DNA from: a phage | Length of the DNA: 64,000 nucleotides | Sequence record: PZ445440.1 | Direction: 5' to 3' (one strand) | In this document: piece after piece, positions 9,471 to 18,104 of the stretch | How the letters are laid out: each line of letters starts with the position of its first letter | How positions within the stretch are numbered: the first letter of the stretch is position 1 | The notes under the pieces: model-generated | The model's database searches: none | What the model saw: the letters and a program-made list of their open reading frames with translations, nothing else | What the model was told of the DNA's origin: nothing | Made by a program: the position numbers and the translations under genes

Positions 9471-11158
9471 TATGAAACAGTCATTACAGTAAATCGTCCA
9501 ACTTTGCTCATCTGAAGATGTTGTCCATAAGCTTGTGGGTCATGGTCTCTGTGACTAATTATAAACACGTTTGCATTGGTTAGAGAGTTAAGAATTGTTG
9601 AAATAGCTTTAATACCTTCAGAATCAGTCGCGGAATCCATGACTTCGTCCATAATTAATGTATTGATTCTAACACCAGAAACCTTTTCAGCAATATCTCG
9701 CCATGTAAACAACAACGCGATATCGATACGTGCTTTTTCACCTTGACTAAATGAAGCATAACTGAACTCTTCACGACCACGTGATTTTATAGATTCATTG
9801 AATTCTTCGTCAATAGAAAACACGTAATCGGCTTCCATGATTTTAAGATAATGGTTAATCTGCTTATTGAACAAAGGCACGTATTTTTTAATGATAGCAC
9901 CTTTAATACCAGAATCTTTTAACATATCTGTGATAATACCACGGTGGTATTTTTCAAGAACGATGTCTGATTTTGTTTTAATGATTTTATCAAGTTCTTT
10001 TTGAAGCAAAGCTATCTCATCGGCATGGTCGATAAATTCCGCCGAGGCTTGTTCTATTGCAGCTTTAACTTTCTTAGCTTTATCAATAGTGGCAATCATT
10101 GCTTGTTTCTTGGTACGAATATCAGATGCAAGGTCCTGTTTAGTCTTAACATTAGCTCTGTATTCGTCCACTAGGACACTCAGATTATCTCTGTGACATG
10201 TAAGTTGCTCGAATGAGTGATTACATTCGTGAAGCTTATCGGTAATCTTAGAGACAATAGGATCACCCTGGTGCAACTGTGATGCGCAAGTAGGACACGT
10301 ACCGCCATCATGATACATCTTAATAACTTTGTTATATGAGTCGATTTTAGATTTAATCAAGAATGCTTCTTGTCCTATCTTGTTGAATGCCTCAGTAGGG
10401 TCTTCATCAAGAACGATATTAAGTAGTCGCTCATTAGCTTCTTCGATTTCTGCTTTTAATGAACGAGCTTCTTTGGCTAGGTCGTCATACATATTCTGTA
10501 GACGCGCTACATTATCGCCAGATAATTTCTTTTGACGTTCGATATTCTCGTTATAAATCTTAATTTGTTGGATAACACCATCTTTCTTGGCATCGAGAAC
10601 TTGCCCTTGGGAATTAAGTTCTCGAACTTGAGACTTATTGATTTTATCCATTTCAGCGAGTGTGCCAACTTCTAAAAGGTCTTCGACAAGTTTTCTACGA
10701 GCAGGGGTGCTAAGAGCCATGAAAGGGGTATACCCTGCCGTCCCAAGCACAACGATTTGTTTAAAAGACGCGTATGACATTCCGATGCTACGTTCAAATT
10801 CTTCTTGGAAGTCACGACTGCTGGCAGATTCATCGAGACGAACACCGTCAACGGAGATTTCGAAAATATTGGGCTTTTGGCCACGTCTAATGAAGTATTT
10901 TTTATCATCGAATTCCATCCAAAGCTCAACTAAGAGCTCTTTCTTGTTCGTGCTATTAATGATTTGTCCTTTCTTAACATCACGAAATGGTTTACCGAAA
11001 AGTCCGAAAGTAATGGCTTCTAACATCGTAGATTTACCACCGCCATTTTTACCAGTGATTAATGTCTTTTGGACTTTATCTAATTGGATATCAATAGGAT
11101 TCCCACCTACCGACATGATGTTTTGATAACGAACACGATTTAATTTAAATGATTTCAT
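9470..11158 (-). CDS. 46: recombination endonuclease subunit gp46 (Rad50/SbcC-like ATPase)
   Basis: 562 aa, Walker A GKNGGGKST, long coiled coil, C-terminal ATPase half. Confidence 0.9.
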   Translation of the reverse strand: MKSFKLNRVRYQNIMSVGGNPIDIQLDKVQKTLITGKNGGGKSTMLEAITFGLFGKPFRDVKKGQIINSTNKKELLVELWMEFDDKKYFIRRGQKPNIFEISVDGVRLDESASSRDFQEEFERSIGMSYASFKQIVVLGTAGYTPFMALSTPARRKLVEDLLEVGTLAEMDKINKSQVRELNSQGQVLDAKKDGVIQQIKIYNENIERQKKLSGDNVARLQNMYDDLAKEARSLKAEIEEANERLLNIVLDEDPTEAFNKIGQEAFLIKSKIDSYNKVIKMYHDGGTCPTCASQLHQGDPIVSKITDKLHECNHSFEQLTCHRDNLSVLVDEYRANVKTKQDLASDIRTKKQAMIATIDKAKKVKAAIEQASAEFIDHADEIALLQKELDKIIKTKSDIVLEKYHRGIITDMLKDSGIKGAIIKKYVPLFNKQINHYLKIMEADYVFSIDEEFNESIKSRGREEFSYASFSQGEKARIDIALLFTWRDIAEKVSGVRINTLIMDEVMDSATDSEGIKAISTILNSLTNANVFIISHRDHDPQAYGQHLQMSKVGRFTVMTVS

Positions 11159-11409
11159 ATGTATTCTCTTCGAATGAAGTCCTCTACATATTTTAACATG
11201 TCATCTCTATCAGCAAAATATTCATCTAGTTCTGCATACATAACAACACCTGGTGCGTACTCACAGGTAACATACATTGTTCCAAAGAAACGAGGAGTTG
11301 ATTCCTCGTAATTCTCAGTCCATTCAACGATACCAATATAACCGTCACCAATACTAAATTCATGACGATGGATTTCATAATCAGTCTTCGTCATTATACG
11401 CATCCTCAA
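11155..11409 (-). CDS. hypothetical protein
   Basis: track ORF, translationally coupled between 46 and 47. Confidence 0.5.
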   Translation of the reverse strand: MRMRIMTKTDYEIHRHEFSIGDGYIGIVEWTENYEESTPRFFGTMYVTCEYAPGVVMYAELDEYFADRDDMLKYVEDFIRREYI

Positions 11410-11638
11410 TACACGCTTCAGCCATTTTAAGAATAGAGCCGGGAGTATCGTTGTCCATTATATTAAAGCTAAATTCAATAGCCCAGTCGGTGCAGACATG
11501 AACTGCTTTAACTTCATTGCCTTCAACGCGTAATGGCTCAATCCAATACTTGATAGTGTTCTCGAATCCATCATCATCTTTAACGTCTATTTCAACTTCA
11601 AGCCTGAGTCCAGCATTGTTAAATTCATCTAAAGTCAT
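11381..11638 (-). CDS. hypothetical protein
   Basis: track ORF, acidic small protein. Confidence 0.5.
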   Translation of the reverse strand: MTLDEFNNAGLRLEVEIDVKDDDGFENTIKYWIEPLRVEGNEVKAVHVCTDWAIEFSFNIMDNDTPGSILKMAEACIEDAYNDED

Positions 11639-12654
11639 TGTGTTGCCTCAATATAAAGTTCGTTGGAATATTTGACCAGCGCTTCTCTGTCTTCGTCTGA
11701 GATATCTGGAATCGCGTCAATATATTCTTTAATGATATCTTGAAGTGATTTAATCTCGATTTCCTGGTCGTCATCAGATTCAACACTGTTATCAACTTTA
11801 GAAACCATACGAAGAGAGTGAACTACTTTTTCAAGTTCAGATTCAAACTTAGTCAACTCTGAATCAATTTCTGATACTATAACACGTACGGCTAGATTGG
11901 TATAATCAGAATAATTGATTTTGCCTTTAAACGGATAAGTGATTCGTCGATGCCATGTTGTTTCATTAGGAATAAATTCCATACGTTCAACATCAGTGTC
12001 AAATACCCAGAATCCACGAGGATCATTCTCATCGCCTGCAGTAAGGGTCCATGGTGTCCCAATATATTTGACGTTAGCAGCTTCAGAGATTGTGTGGAAG
12101 TGGCCAGACCAGACTTGTTTATAGGTCTTTAAGAAATCAGGTTCAAGCCCATGAGACTTCATTCCTTTATAGAAATAAAAACCATTCAGTTCCCAGTGCC
12201 CAACACAATACGCTGCAGAAGAAGTCTTGATGTGCTCTAAGATTTCACCTGTATTTTCTTCACACATCCATGGAACGATATCAATCAGACATCCGTCAAA
12301 ATCTACAGTAGTTGGATGCTCGTAAATAGTAAAGTTTTCAAATTGAGTTAACAATTCAGAAACAGTGTTAGGTGTTATGGTATTCTTAAACGCCATGTCA
12401 TGATTTCCTATCGTGACATGAACGTGAATGCCTGCTTTAGAAATCATATCAACGATTTCACGATTGAATTCCATTGTACGATGTGTTATTGCTTTACGGA
12501 CGTCAAACCAATCACCGTACTGAATCCAAGTTTTAATCCCGTGTTTCTTAGAGTATTCAATTGCTTGACGAATACCATCACGTTGAATATCTTGAACCCA
12601 TGGGTCGTCTTGTTTGACTCCGATATGGAAGTCGCCTAAGTGCAAAATTTTCAT
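11635..12654 (-). CDS. 47: recombination endonuclease subunit gp47 (Mre11/SbcD-like phosphoesterase)
   Basis: 339 aa, MKILHLGDFHIG...GNHD calcineurin-like motifs. Confidence 0.9.
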   Translation of the reverse strand: MKILHLGDFHIGVKQDDPWVQDIQRDGIRQAIEYSKKHGIKTWIQYGDWFDVRKAITHRTMEFNREIVDMISKAGIHVHVTIGNHDMAFKNTITPNTVSELLTQFENFTIYEHPTTVDFDGCLIDIVPWMCEENTGEILEHIKTSSAAYCVGHWELNGFYFYKGMKSHGLEPDFLKTYKQVWSGHFHTISEAANVKYIGTPWTLTAGDENDPRGFWVFDTDVERMEFIPNETTWHRRITYPFKGKINYSDYTNLAVRVIVSEIDSELTKFESELEKVVHSLRMVSKVDNSVESDDDQEIEIKSLQDIIKEYIDAIPDISDEDREALVKYSNELYIEATQ

Positions 12655-12677
12655 ATTATTTCCTCATTAGTTAATTC

Positions 12678-12724
12678 ATTCTATCATCCGTTTATAAAGC
12701 AAAAAAGGAACTCCGAAGAGTTCC
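12678..12724 (-). promoter_or_regulatory. terminator hairpin (12707-12724, GGAACTC-TTCG-GAGTTCC + U-tract) overlapping MotA box TTTGCTTTA (12695-12703) and -10 TAGAAT (12678-12683) upstream of gene 47
   Basis: read from sequence; MotA box matches T4 middle-promoter consensus. Confidence 0.5.
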
Positions 12725-12936
12725 TATCCACATAGTACACCGTACAGAGGCTCATTTGAACTTTTAAATCGAATGGGCTTGTATGTAATAGTTCCTTCGG
12801 CTTTAGCTTTATCATAAGACTCTTTAAAACGTCTCATTCTTTCTGCTTTGCCTTTACGGATTTTATCGAAATTTTCAGAAGTCGGGATGTTCGTCATGCA
12901 TAAGCACCTCTCAGAAAATGCCTAAATCAATTTCTC

Positions 12937-13158
12937 TCATCGTTTCCACCATTTCTTAACTTGAAATGAATCGACCCACACGAGTTGTTTTGGGTCTGCC
13001 TTTACAATAGGCGGACAAATTTCTGTAATAGAACCGTCGTGATATTCCTTTTCAGAAATTTTAACACAAAGAGGACCTCCCAATTTAAGGGTGAACCCTG
13101 CGTTCAGCTTCAGACGTTTAAACTTTATTTGAACTAGCGCCATTAATGATGTCCTCAA
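12937..13158 (-). CDS. hypothetical protein
   Basis: track ORF at the position where T4 has alpha-gt; no glycosyltransferase features. Confidence 0.4.
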   Translation of the reverse strand: MRTSLMALVQIKFKRLKLNAGFTLKLGGPLCVKISEKEYHDGSITEICPPIVKADPKQLVWVDSFQVKKWWKR

Positions 13159-13441
13159 TAGCCTGACGAGTAGTAACCCACTGGATTTTAATTAACTTGT
13201 CATTGTATGGTTGTCGTAGAATATCCCGAGATTTCTTAATAGCATATTCGTAAGCTTCGAAGTTGTTTTGAATTGCTGCTTCTTGAGCATGAGCATAAAG
13301 ACGGTTTAGTTCAAAACGATTCTTTTTAAGAATCTTTTCGGATTTTTTACGTGCTTCAGCTTCATTTTTCTTTTGGATTTCTTGTAGCATTTTAGCTACT
13401 GCATCTTCTGCTTCTTTATTTTCAATAATCTCGGTAGTCAT
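13118..13441 (-). CDS. hypothetical coiled-coil protein
   Basis: track ORF. Confidence 0.5.
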   Translation of the reverse strand: MTTEIIENKEAEDAVAKMLQEIQKKNEAEARKKSEKILKKNRFELNRLYAHAQEAAIQNNFEAYEYAIKKSRDILRQPYNDKLIKIQWVTTRQAIEDIINGASSNKV

Positions 13442-13442
13442 A

Positions 13443-13658
13443 TTATCTCATTAAATTAAAATAAAAACGTCCATCCTCTTCAATACAGAACTCGTACTCA
13501 ACTGGAGTTCCATTTATCGAAAATGACACGTCATGTGGGTTCAAAGGGTCGATGTCAAAATTAATTTTAAATTCTCGACCCAACAGTTTTACCAAATAAG
13601 GGATTGCTTCGTCAAAAGGTTCTTCTAAGTAGTTAGAGATGTCAATTGTCATCCTCAT
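13443..13658 (-). CDS. hypothetical protein
   Basis: track ORF trimmed to internal ATG to limit overlap with gene 55. Confidence 0.45.
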   Translation of the reverse strand: MRMTIDISNYLEEPFDEAIPYLVKLLGREFKINFDIDPLNPHDVSFSINGTPVEYEFCIEEDGRFYFNLMR

Positions 13659-14199
13659 ATAAAAAATCCAAACTAGGCGAATCGCTAACAACTTCCTTCT
13701 TTTCAGCCCCAGGAGCTTTATAAGCGGATTCTTCATAATGCGTCATTTTATCGTAGATGTCTTGAATAAACGTTTCATCTACCAACGCTACCATATCATC
13801 GTCATGACTGTCGTAGACATTATGAACGAAGTAACTATATTTCTTTGCAACTTCCTTACGTTCTTTTTTGATACGTTGGACAAAAGCATTAAAACAAGCT
13901 CGAGTTATGTATGCATGTGGGTTATTGTACTTAGTTTCGTCGAAATTATGAAGTCCCTTAATAGAGGCTTCAATCCCATCTGCAATCATCTCCTGCTTCC
14001 AAGACTGGGTATATCCTGAAAAGTTGAAACGTTTGGACAGGCCTTCGGCGATAAGCATAATTGCTAAACCGATGGTATCATTCTGACGAATAATTTTGTT
14101 TGGGTCTTTATTATTTAAGAGCTCCTTTTTCCACTCGATTATAGCGGCGAGAAGCTCTTTATTATTCACATAGTTATTTTTAGGTTTTTGTTCAGTCAT
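13642..14199 (-). CDS. 55: late-transcription sigma factor gp55
   Basis: 185 aa; [67 protein letters not shown] matches T4 gp55. Confidence 0.95.
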   Translation of the reverse strand: MTEQKPKNNYVNNKELLAAIIEWKKELLNNKDPNKIIRQNDTIGLAIMLIAEGLSKRFNFSGYTQSWKQEMIADGIEASIKGLHNFDETKYNNPHAYITRACFNAFVQRIKKERKEVAKKYSYFVHNVYDSHDDDMVALVDETFIQDIYDKMTHYEESAYKAPGAEKKEVVSDSPSLDFLYEDDN

Positions 14200-14220
14200 A
14201 AGTACCTCTTAGCTCAATTC

Positions 14221-14265
14221 ATAGGTCTATTATATCATAATATTTAGAGACCTATCTTAAAGCAC
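14221..14265 (-). promoter_or_regulatory. gene 55 promoter region: MotA-box-like TGCTTTAAG, -10 inside inverted repeat ATAGGTCT/AGACCTAT
   Basis: read from sequence. Confidence 0.4.
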
Positions 14266-14274
14266 GAGATACTA

Positions 14275-14541
14275 TCAGAGCAAACAATAAGCCTGAAACA
14301 CTTTTTCCATTAAACGTTTGAACTCATGGATATCGATATAAAGCTCAGTAAGACCGGCATTATAAAGAAAATCTAAAAAGTTCTCATGTGTTTCGTTATA
14401 GACGCCTTCGTTTAATTGAGATACATGAGTTTCCCAAAAACCAACACCTTTAACGAATGGAAAATACGTGACTTTCATGTATTCGTCAACATAAAATTCG
14501 CCCAGCTTTTCTTCAGTTATACTGATTCGAGTTAATTTCAT
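14275..14541 (-). CDS. hypothetical protein
   Basis: track ORF. Confidence 0.5.
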   Translation of the reverse strand: MKLTRISITEEKLGEFYVDEYMKVTYFPFVKGVGFWETHVSQLNEGVYNETHENFLDFLYNAGLTELYIDIHEFKRLMEKVFQAYCLL

Positions 14542-14765
14542 TCTAGTTCCTTTGCTGCTTCAAGAGCAGCATCCAGCGAATCAAATTGGTCAACGAAATC
14601 AATATTCAACGCATCGTCAACCGTAGCATATAACCACCATTGTTTGAATTCGTATTCTAGAATAAATCCAGGACCTTCAATCTGAGGAAGACCTAGGCTA
14701 TTTGTACCAACTTCGTAACCAGCTAGACGCAGGTCATTAATCAAAGTTTCTGTTAATACGCTCAT
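14538..14765 (-). CDS. hypothetical protein
   Basis: track ORF, ATGA-coupled. Confidence 0.5.
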   Translation of the reverse strand: MSVLTETLINDLRLAGYEVGTNSLGLPQIEGPGFILEYEFKQWWLYATVDDALNIDFVDQFDSLDAALEAAKELE

Positions 14766-15142
14766 TTTACCGCCTTAACAATTTTCAGATCAACGAATTT
14801 TTTCTTACGTTGATTTTTCATACGACGGATAGTCTTTTCAGAGATTTCATGTTTCTGATAAGCTTTAGATTCAACACCAAATGCAGCAACGTCAAATTCA
14901 GAAAGAATATATTGTACTAGAATTTCGCGAATAGAATTACGTCCAATTTTCTGGTCGTGTTTTTGCATGATTTCATAAAGACGGAATTCCCACGCGTCAA
15001 GAACTTGAGGAGTAACAATATTGCCGGATTCCAGAAGAGCAACAACTTTATCGAAAGCGAAAGAATTAACTACGTTTTTGATTTTAGTAGACATATTATT
15101 TTCCTCGGTTATTTTATTATCCAACGAGAGAATTATATTCAT
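14762..15142 (-). CDS. hypothetical protein
   Basis: track ORF. Confidence 0.5.
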   Translation of the reverse strand: MNIILSLDNKITEENNMSTKIKNVVNSFAFDKVVALLESGNIVTPQVLDAWEFRLYEIMQKHDQKIGRNSIREILVQYILSEFDVAAFGVESKAYQKHEISEKTIRRMKNQRKKKFVDLKIVKAVK

Positions 15143-15160
15143 CTCTCAAGAGTTTGTATA

Positions 15161-15400
15161 CTATTTTTTAAGCATGAAAAGTAAGTAATTTGTATCACGT
15201 GGAGTAATATCAACACCCATATCAAAGATGCCTTTATAGATTGGGTATTTGTTTTCGGTTGTATCGAAGCTGAAACTATTTCCATCACAACTAACAGTAA
15301 TAGCATCTGTTAAAATGTCATACTCAATCCTAACAATTGAATCCCCAATTTTAACGTCGAGGTGTTTTTTGAATTTGATAAAATCTAATTCTTGGGCCAT
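15161..15400 (-). CDS. hypothetical protein
   Basis: track ORF. Confidence 0.5.
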   Translation of the reverse strand: MAQELDFIKFKKHLDVKIGDSIVRIEYDILTDAITVSCDGNSFSFDTTENKYPIYKGIFDMGVDITPRDTNYLLFMLKK

Positions 15401-15423
15401 GATATTTTCCTCATTTTAAGACG

Positions 15424-15460
15424 ATAGGAAGATAATAACATGTCTTCCTATCGTTGTACA
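15424..15460 (-). promoter_or_regulatory. early-type promoter with -10 TTATTAT flanked by perfect inverted repeat GATAGGAAGA/TCTTCCTATC
   Basis: read from sequence. Confidence 0.45.
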
Positions 15461-15463
15461 TTA

Positions 15464-15664
15464 TTAACCGAACTTTTTAGCGCCTTTCCAGCCTTCGTAC
15501 ATAACTGCACAAGTCAATAGCACAGCATGTTGGCATTCTTTGTATTTGTAAATCCAGAACCAGCGTAAGAAGTCTTCATCCTCAACACCGTTGAGTTTCA
15601 TATTGGCAAAGAATTCGGCACGTTCTTCACGAAGCTTTTGCGATAACATAGTTTCAGGATTCAT
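15464..15664 (-). CDS. hypothetical protein
   Basis: track ORF. Confidence 0.5.
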   Translation of the reverse strand: MNPETMLSQKLREERAEFFANMKLNGVEDEDFLRWFWIYKYKECQHAVLLTCAVMYEGWKGAKKFG

Positions 15665-15889
15665 TTAAATTTCCCAATTGCCATTTTCATCAATAAATTT
15701 AATCCAGTCAGTTACTGACCACTTAGTTGTATCGCCTTTTGGAGTAGCATTTAAAGTGTAGAACCCTTGCTTAAAAAGCCAGCGTTTGATATTCATAATT
15801 TCCTCAACTGTAACGATAACATTCGTTAGCTTTACGTTTGGCTTCAGTATGAGAAGTATTATAATCATAATCTTCTTTACTGTAAACAT
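15665..15889 (-). CDS. hypothetical protein
   Basis: track ORF. Confidence 0.5.
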   Translation of the reverse strand: MFTVKKIMIIILLILKPNVKLTNVIVTVEEIMNIKRWLFKQGFYTLNATPKGDTTKWSVTDWIKFIDENGNWEI

Positions 15890-16125
15890 CTTTTTTTCAA
15901 CTTACGAACTTCTTTGCGGAGTTGTCGATTCATTTCATTCTTGACTTCAGAATCAACGCCTTTCATACGTTTCCATTTATCTGAGCGGAAAATGTTTTCA
16001 ACCATGTCTTTGTGGCTAACACCGTCAGGAGCTTTACGCTTACCAAAATAGTCGTAATCGCGAACTTTCAAATCTTTACGACGATATGTTTTACCCATAA
16101 GTACCTCAGAGGTTGATTGATACAA
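15877..16125 (-). CDS. hypothetical basic protein
   Basis: track ORF; start uncertain. Confidence 0.45.
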   Translation of the reverse strand: MYQSTSEVLMGKTYRRKDLKVRDYDYFGKRKAPDGVSHKDMVENIFRSDKWKRMKGVDSEVKNEMNRQLRKEVRKLKKRCLQ

Positions 16126-16354
16126 TGCGTTTGATAAAATTCACTTCACTTACTGAAAGGTCTTTAAGACCGATTGATTCTAAACGCTGAGTAAGCGTCA
16201 ACATCGGGATATAATCCCAATGAGTTTTATTTGCTTGATAAGTACGAACGCCGTTAGCAATTTCAACATGCAAATCGGAAATGGTAATGAATATCGGACG
16301 TTCGTCATTAACTTTAAGGGTTAGAACAACTTTCTTTGAATCTAAACTAATCAT
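16106..16354 (-). CDS. hypothetical protein
   Basis: track ORF. Confidence 0.5.
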   Translation of the reverse strand: MISLDSKKVVLTLKVNDERPIFITISDLHVEIANGVRTYQANKTHWDYIPMLTLTQRLESIGLKDLSVSEVNFIKRIVSINL

Positions 16355-16533
16355 GGCTTAATTTCCTTCGCAATTGAACAGAAGATACCACGGTCACAAA
16401 GCATTTCACCAATTTCTGGATATTTGATTGAACGGTACCAAACATCCAGGCTTGAAACTCTGGTTATCTGTACTGCGTTACCGTTGACAGAATAGTACTG
16501 GTCAACCTTAATTTCTTTATCTTCAATTGTCAT
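16351..16533 (-). CDS. hypothetical protein
   Basis: track ORF. Confidence 0.45.
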   Translation of the reverse strand: MTIEDKEIKVDQYYSVNGNAVQITRVSSLDVWYRSIKYPEIGEMLCDRGIFCSIAKEIKP

Positions 16534-16681
16534 TTTATTTTCCTCTATAGTAGATGGTTTAATCTTAACACATCTATTGAGGATGTAAACTGTTTTATGA
16601 AAATATTTTCAATTTGAGAGGGGCACAAGGAGATAGTGAAGTGAAGATTCCAATGGATTATATTAGAAACGAGATAAAGAA

Positions 16682-16700
16682 GACCAGGCGGCACCTGGTC
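16682..16700 (-). terminator. hairpin GACCAGG-CGGCA-CCTGGTC overlapping nrdH stop, followed by U-rich tract
   Basis: read from sequence. Confidence 0.45.
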
Positions 16701-16992
16701 AATCTTCTATGATATCAGAGTCATATCCTAATGAAATCAAGGACTTTTTAAACTCTGCAATATTCTTTTGTTTCTTATCATTTAAAAATATGACAGGATA
16801 ACGAATATTAAGTGAAGTGAATCCTGCACGTTTAGCAAGAGATACGATTAAAGGACGGTCATATTCAATCTTACCATTATTAGTGAGGACTTTATAAAAT
16901 GTATAAGGAGCATTGAGCTCCTTTAAAAGTTTTGTAACAGTATAACATCCTGGACAACGTCCAACTTCTTCAGGGATGCCATAAACTTCAAT
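16699..16992 (-). CDS. nrdH: glutaredoxin/NrdH-like redoxin (CPGC); start codon uncertain (no in-frame ATG, possibly GTG/ATT)
   Basis: C-terminal part of track ORF 16699..17196: KIEVYGIPEEVGRCPGCYTVTKLL... thioredoxin-fold CxxC; N-terminal part of the track ORF overlaps a better ORF in another frame. Confidence 0.55.
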   Translation of the reverse strand: MEVYGIPEEVGRCPGCYTVTKLLKELNAPYTFYKVLTNNGKIEYDRPLIVSLAKRAGFTSLNIRYPVIFLNDKKQKNIAEFKKSLISLGYDSDIIED

Positions 16993-16993
16993 T

Positions 16994-17305
16994 TTATTCT
17001 TTGGGTTCGAGTTTTGTTCCACGAGAAATAATTCCTTGATAAGCCCAGTACGGCGGGTTAACAGAATCATCACCAGAATTTTCTTCAGGGAAATAAACCT
17101 GAATAACGAATCCGGATTCGTCAAAGGTAAAATACACTGTAGGCAGTTCACCAAGCAATTCGGAACGAGCGTTAATTTCTTCGAGGTCTTGCTCACGTCC
17201 AGCCCAAAAACTAGGATTTAAACTACATTCGTAAAAATAATAGTCATTACCGAACATATCAAAACCCTTCCAACTCTCTACCACGTACCGCTCAAAACTA
17301 ATCAT
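16994..17305 (-). CDS. hypothetical protein
   Basis: track ORF. Confidence 0.55.
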   Translation of the reverse strand: MISFERYVVESWKGFDMFGNDYYFYECSLNPSFWAGREQDLEEINARSELLGELPTVYFTFDESGFVIQVYFPEENSGDDSVNPPYWAYQGIISRGTKLEPKE

Positions 17306-17307
17306 AA

Positions 17308-17523
17308 TTAAGCCTTTTTATCAAGAACAGAATTCAGTTTATTAGTAATTTTGTCCAAACGTTCATTGAATTCGCTGGAGGATAAACCCTTTTCTGGAGA
17401 AATTAAACTAATCACGAAAAATACACCAGTAAAAGGAATAAGAAAAATAGCTCCAACTGCCATAAACAAAAAGAACGTTACAGTTGTAAGAAAATCAGCT
17501 AAACCTTTACGAAATTTGTACAT
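17308..17523 (-). CDS. small membrane protein
   Basis: track ORF, one long hydrophobic segment. Confidence 0.5.
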   Translation of the reverse strand: MYKFRKGLADFLTTVTFFLFMAVGAIFLIPFTGVFFVISLISPEKGLSSSEFNERLDKITNKLNSVLDKKA

Positions 17524-17633
17524 ATTTACCCTTAATTAACTAAGCATTGATAATCATTAAACTATATTGCGAATAAAATTCTGGACCAAAACGAAAAATC
17601 ATATCATTTATAGTATCCATAATGTAATTCAAT

Positions 17634-18104
17634 TTAATCATGTTTCCACACCCCATCGGTATTTGACCAAAGTCGCTGATTATCTGATCCTCGCCACAGC
17701 TTTTTAGTCGGAAGATTTTTCTCATACTTCCCATCAATAATAACATCAACATATTTAAGCATTTCTAGTTGTTTAATATCTTCAAACTTATATCCTGTCC
17801 ACAACCAAATGCTTTTATTGGGATAAAGATTTTTTACTGTTTGAGCAATGCGATGAATAACATCTCGGTTATCAGGATAGAGAGGGTCACCTCCGGTTAT
17901 AGTTAATCCTTCTATATAATCATTATTCAAACATTCAATTAATTGTTCTAGTGTTTCACCGGTGAATGGAACACCATTTCTAGCATTCCATGTTGATTTA
18001 TTATAACACCCTTCACATTTATGCAAACAACCTGTAACGAAAAGAACGACCCTGCAACCAGGGCCATTCACAAAATCGCAAGGATAAAATCTATCATAAT
18101 TCAT
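17634..18104 (-). CDS. nrdG: anaerobic ribonucleotide reductase activating protein NrdG (radical SAM)
   Basis: CDFVNGPGCRVVLFVTGCLHKCEGCYN cysteine cluster. Confidence 0.9.
   Translation of the reverse strand: MNYDRFYPCDFVNGPGCRVVLFVTGCLHKCEGCYNKSTWNARNGVPFTGETLEQLIECLNNDYIEGLTITGGDPLYPDNRDVIHRIAQTVKNLYPNKSIWLWTGYKFEDIKQLEMLKYVDVIIDGKYEKNLPTKKLWRGSDNQRLWSNTDGVWKHD

Noticed and set aside
12720-12896. Possible 58-aa minus-strand gene between gene 47 and the upstream ORF
   Set aside because: Codon-by-codon re-translation showed the ATG at 12896 hits a stop after 20 codons; the longer reading frame has its only ATG at 12837 (37 aa), too short and unsupported to report.
16699-17196. Full-length 165-aa track ORF as the nrdH gene
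   Set aside because: Its N-terminal half overlaps the more protein-like ORF 16994-17305 in another frame and translates to a low-complexity hydrophobic string; only the C-terminal glutaredoxin-like part is credible, so I call a shorter gene with an uncertain non-ATG start.
17540-17752. 70-aa minus-strand ORF overlapping the start of nrdG
   Set aside because: It overlaps the nrdG 5' region in another frame; nrdG has the radical-SAM motif, so the overlapping ORF is unlikely to be real.
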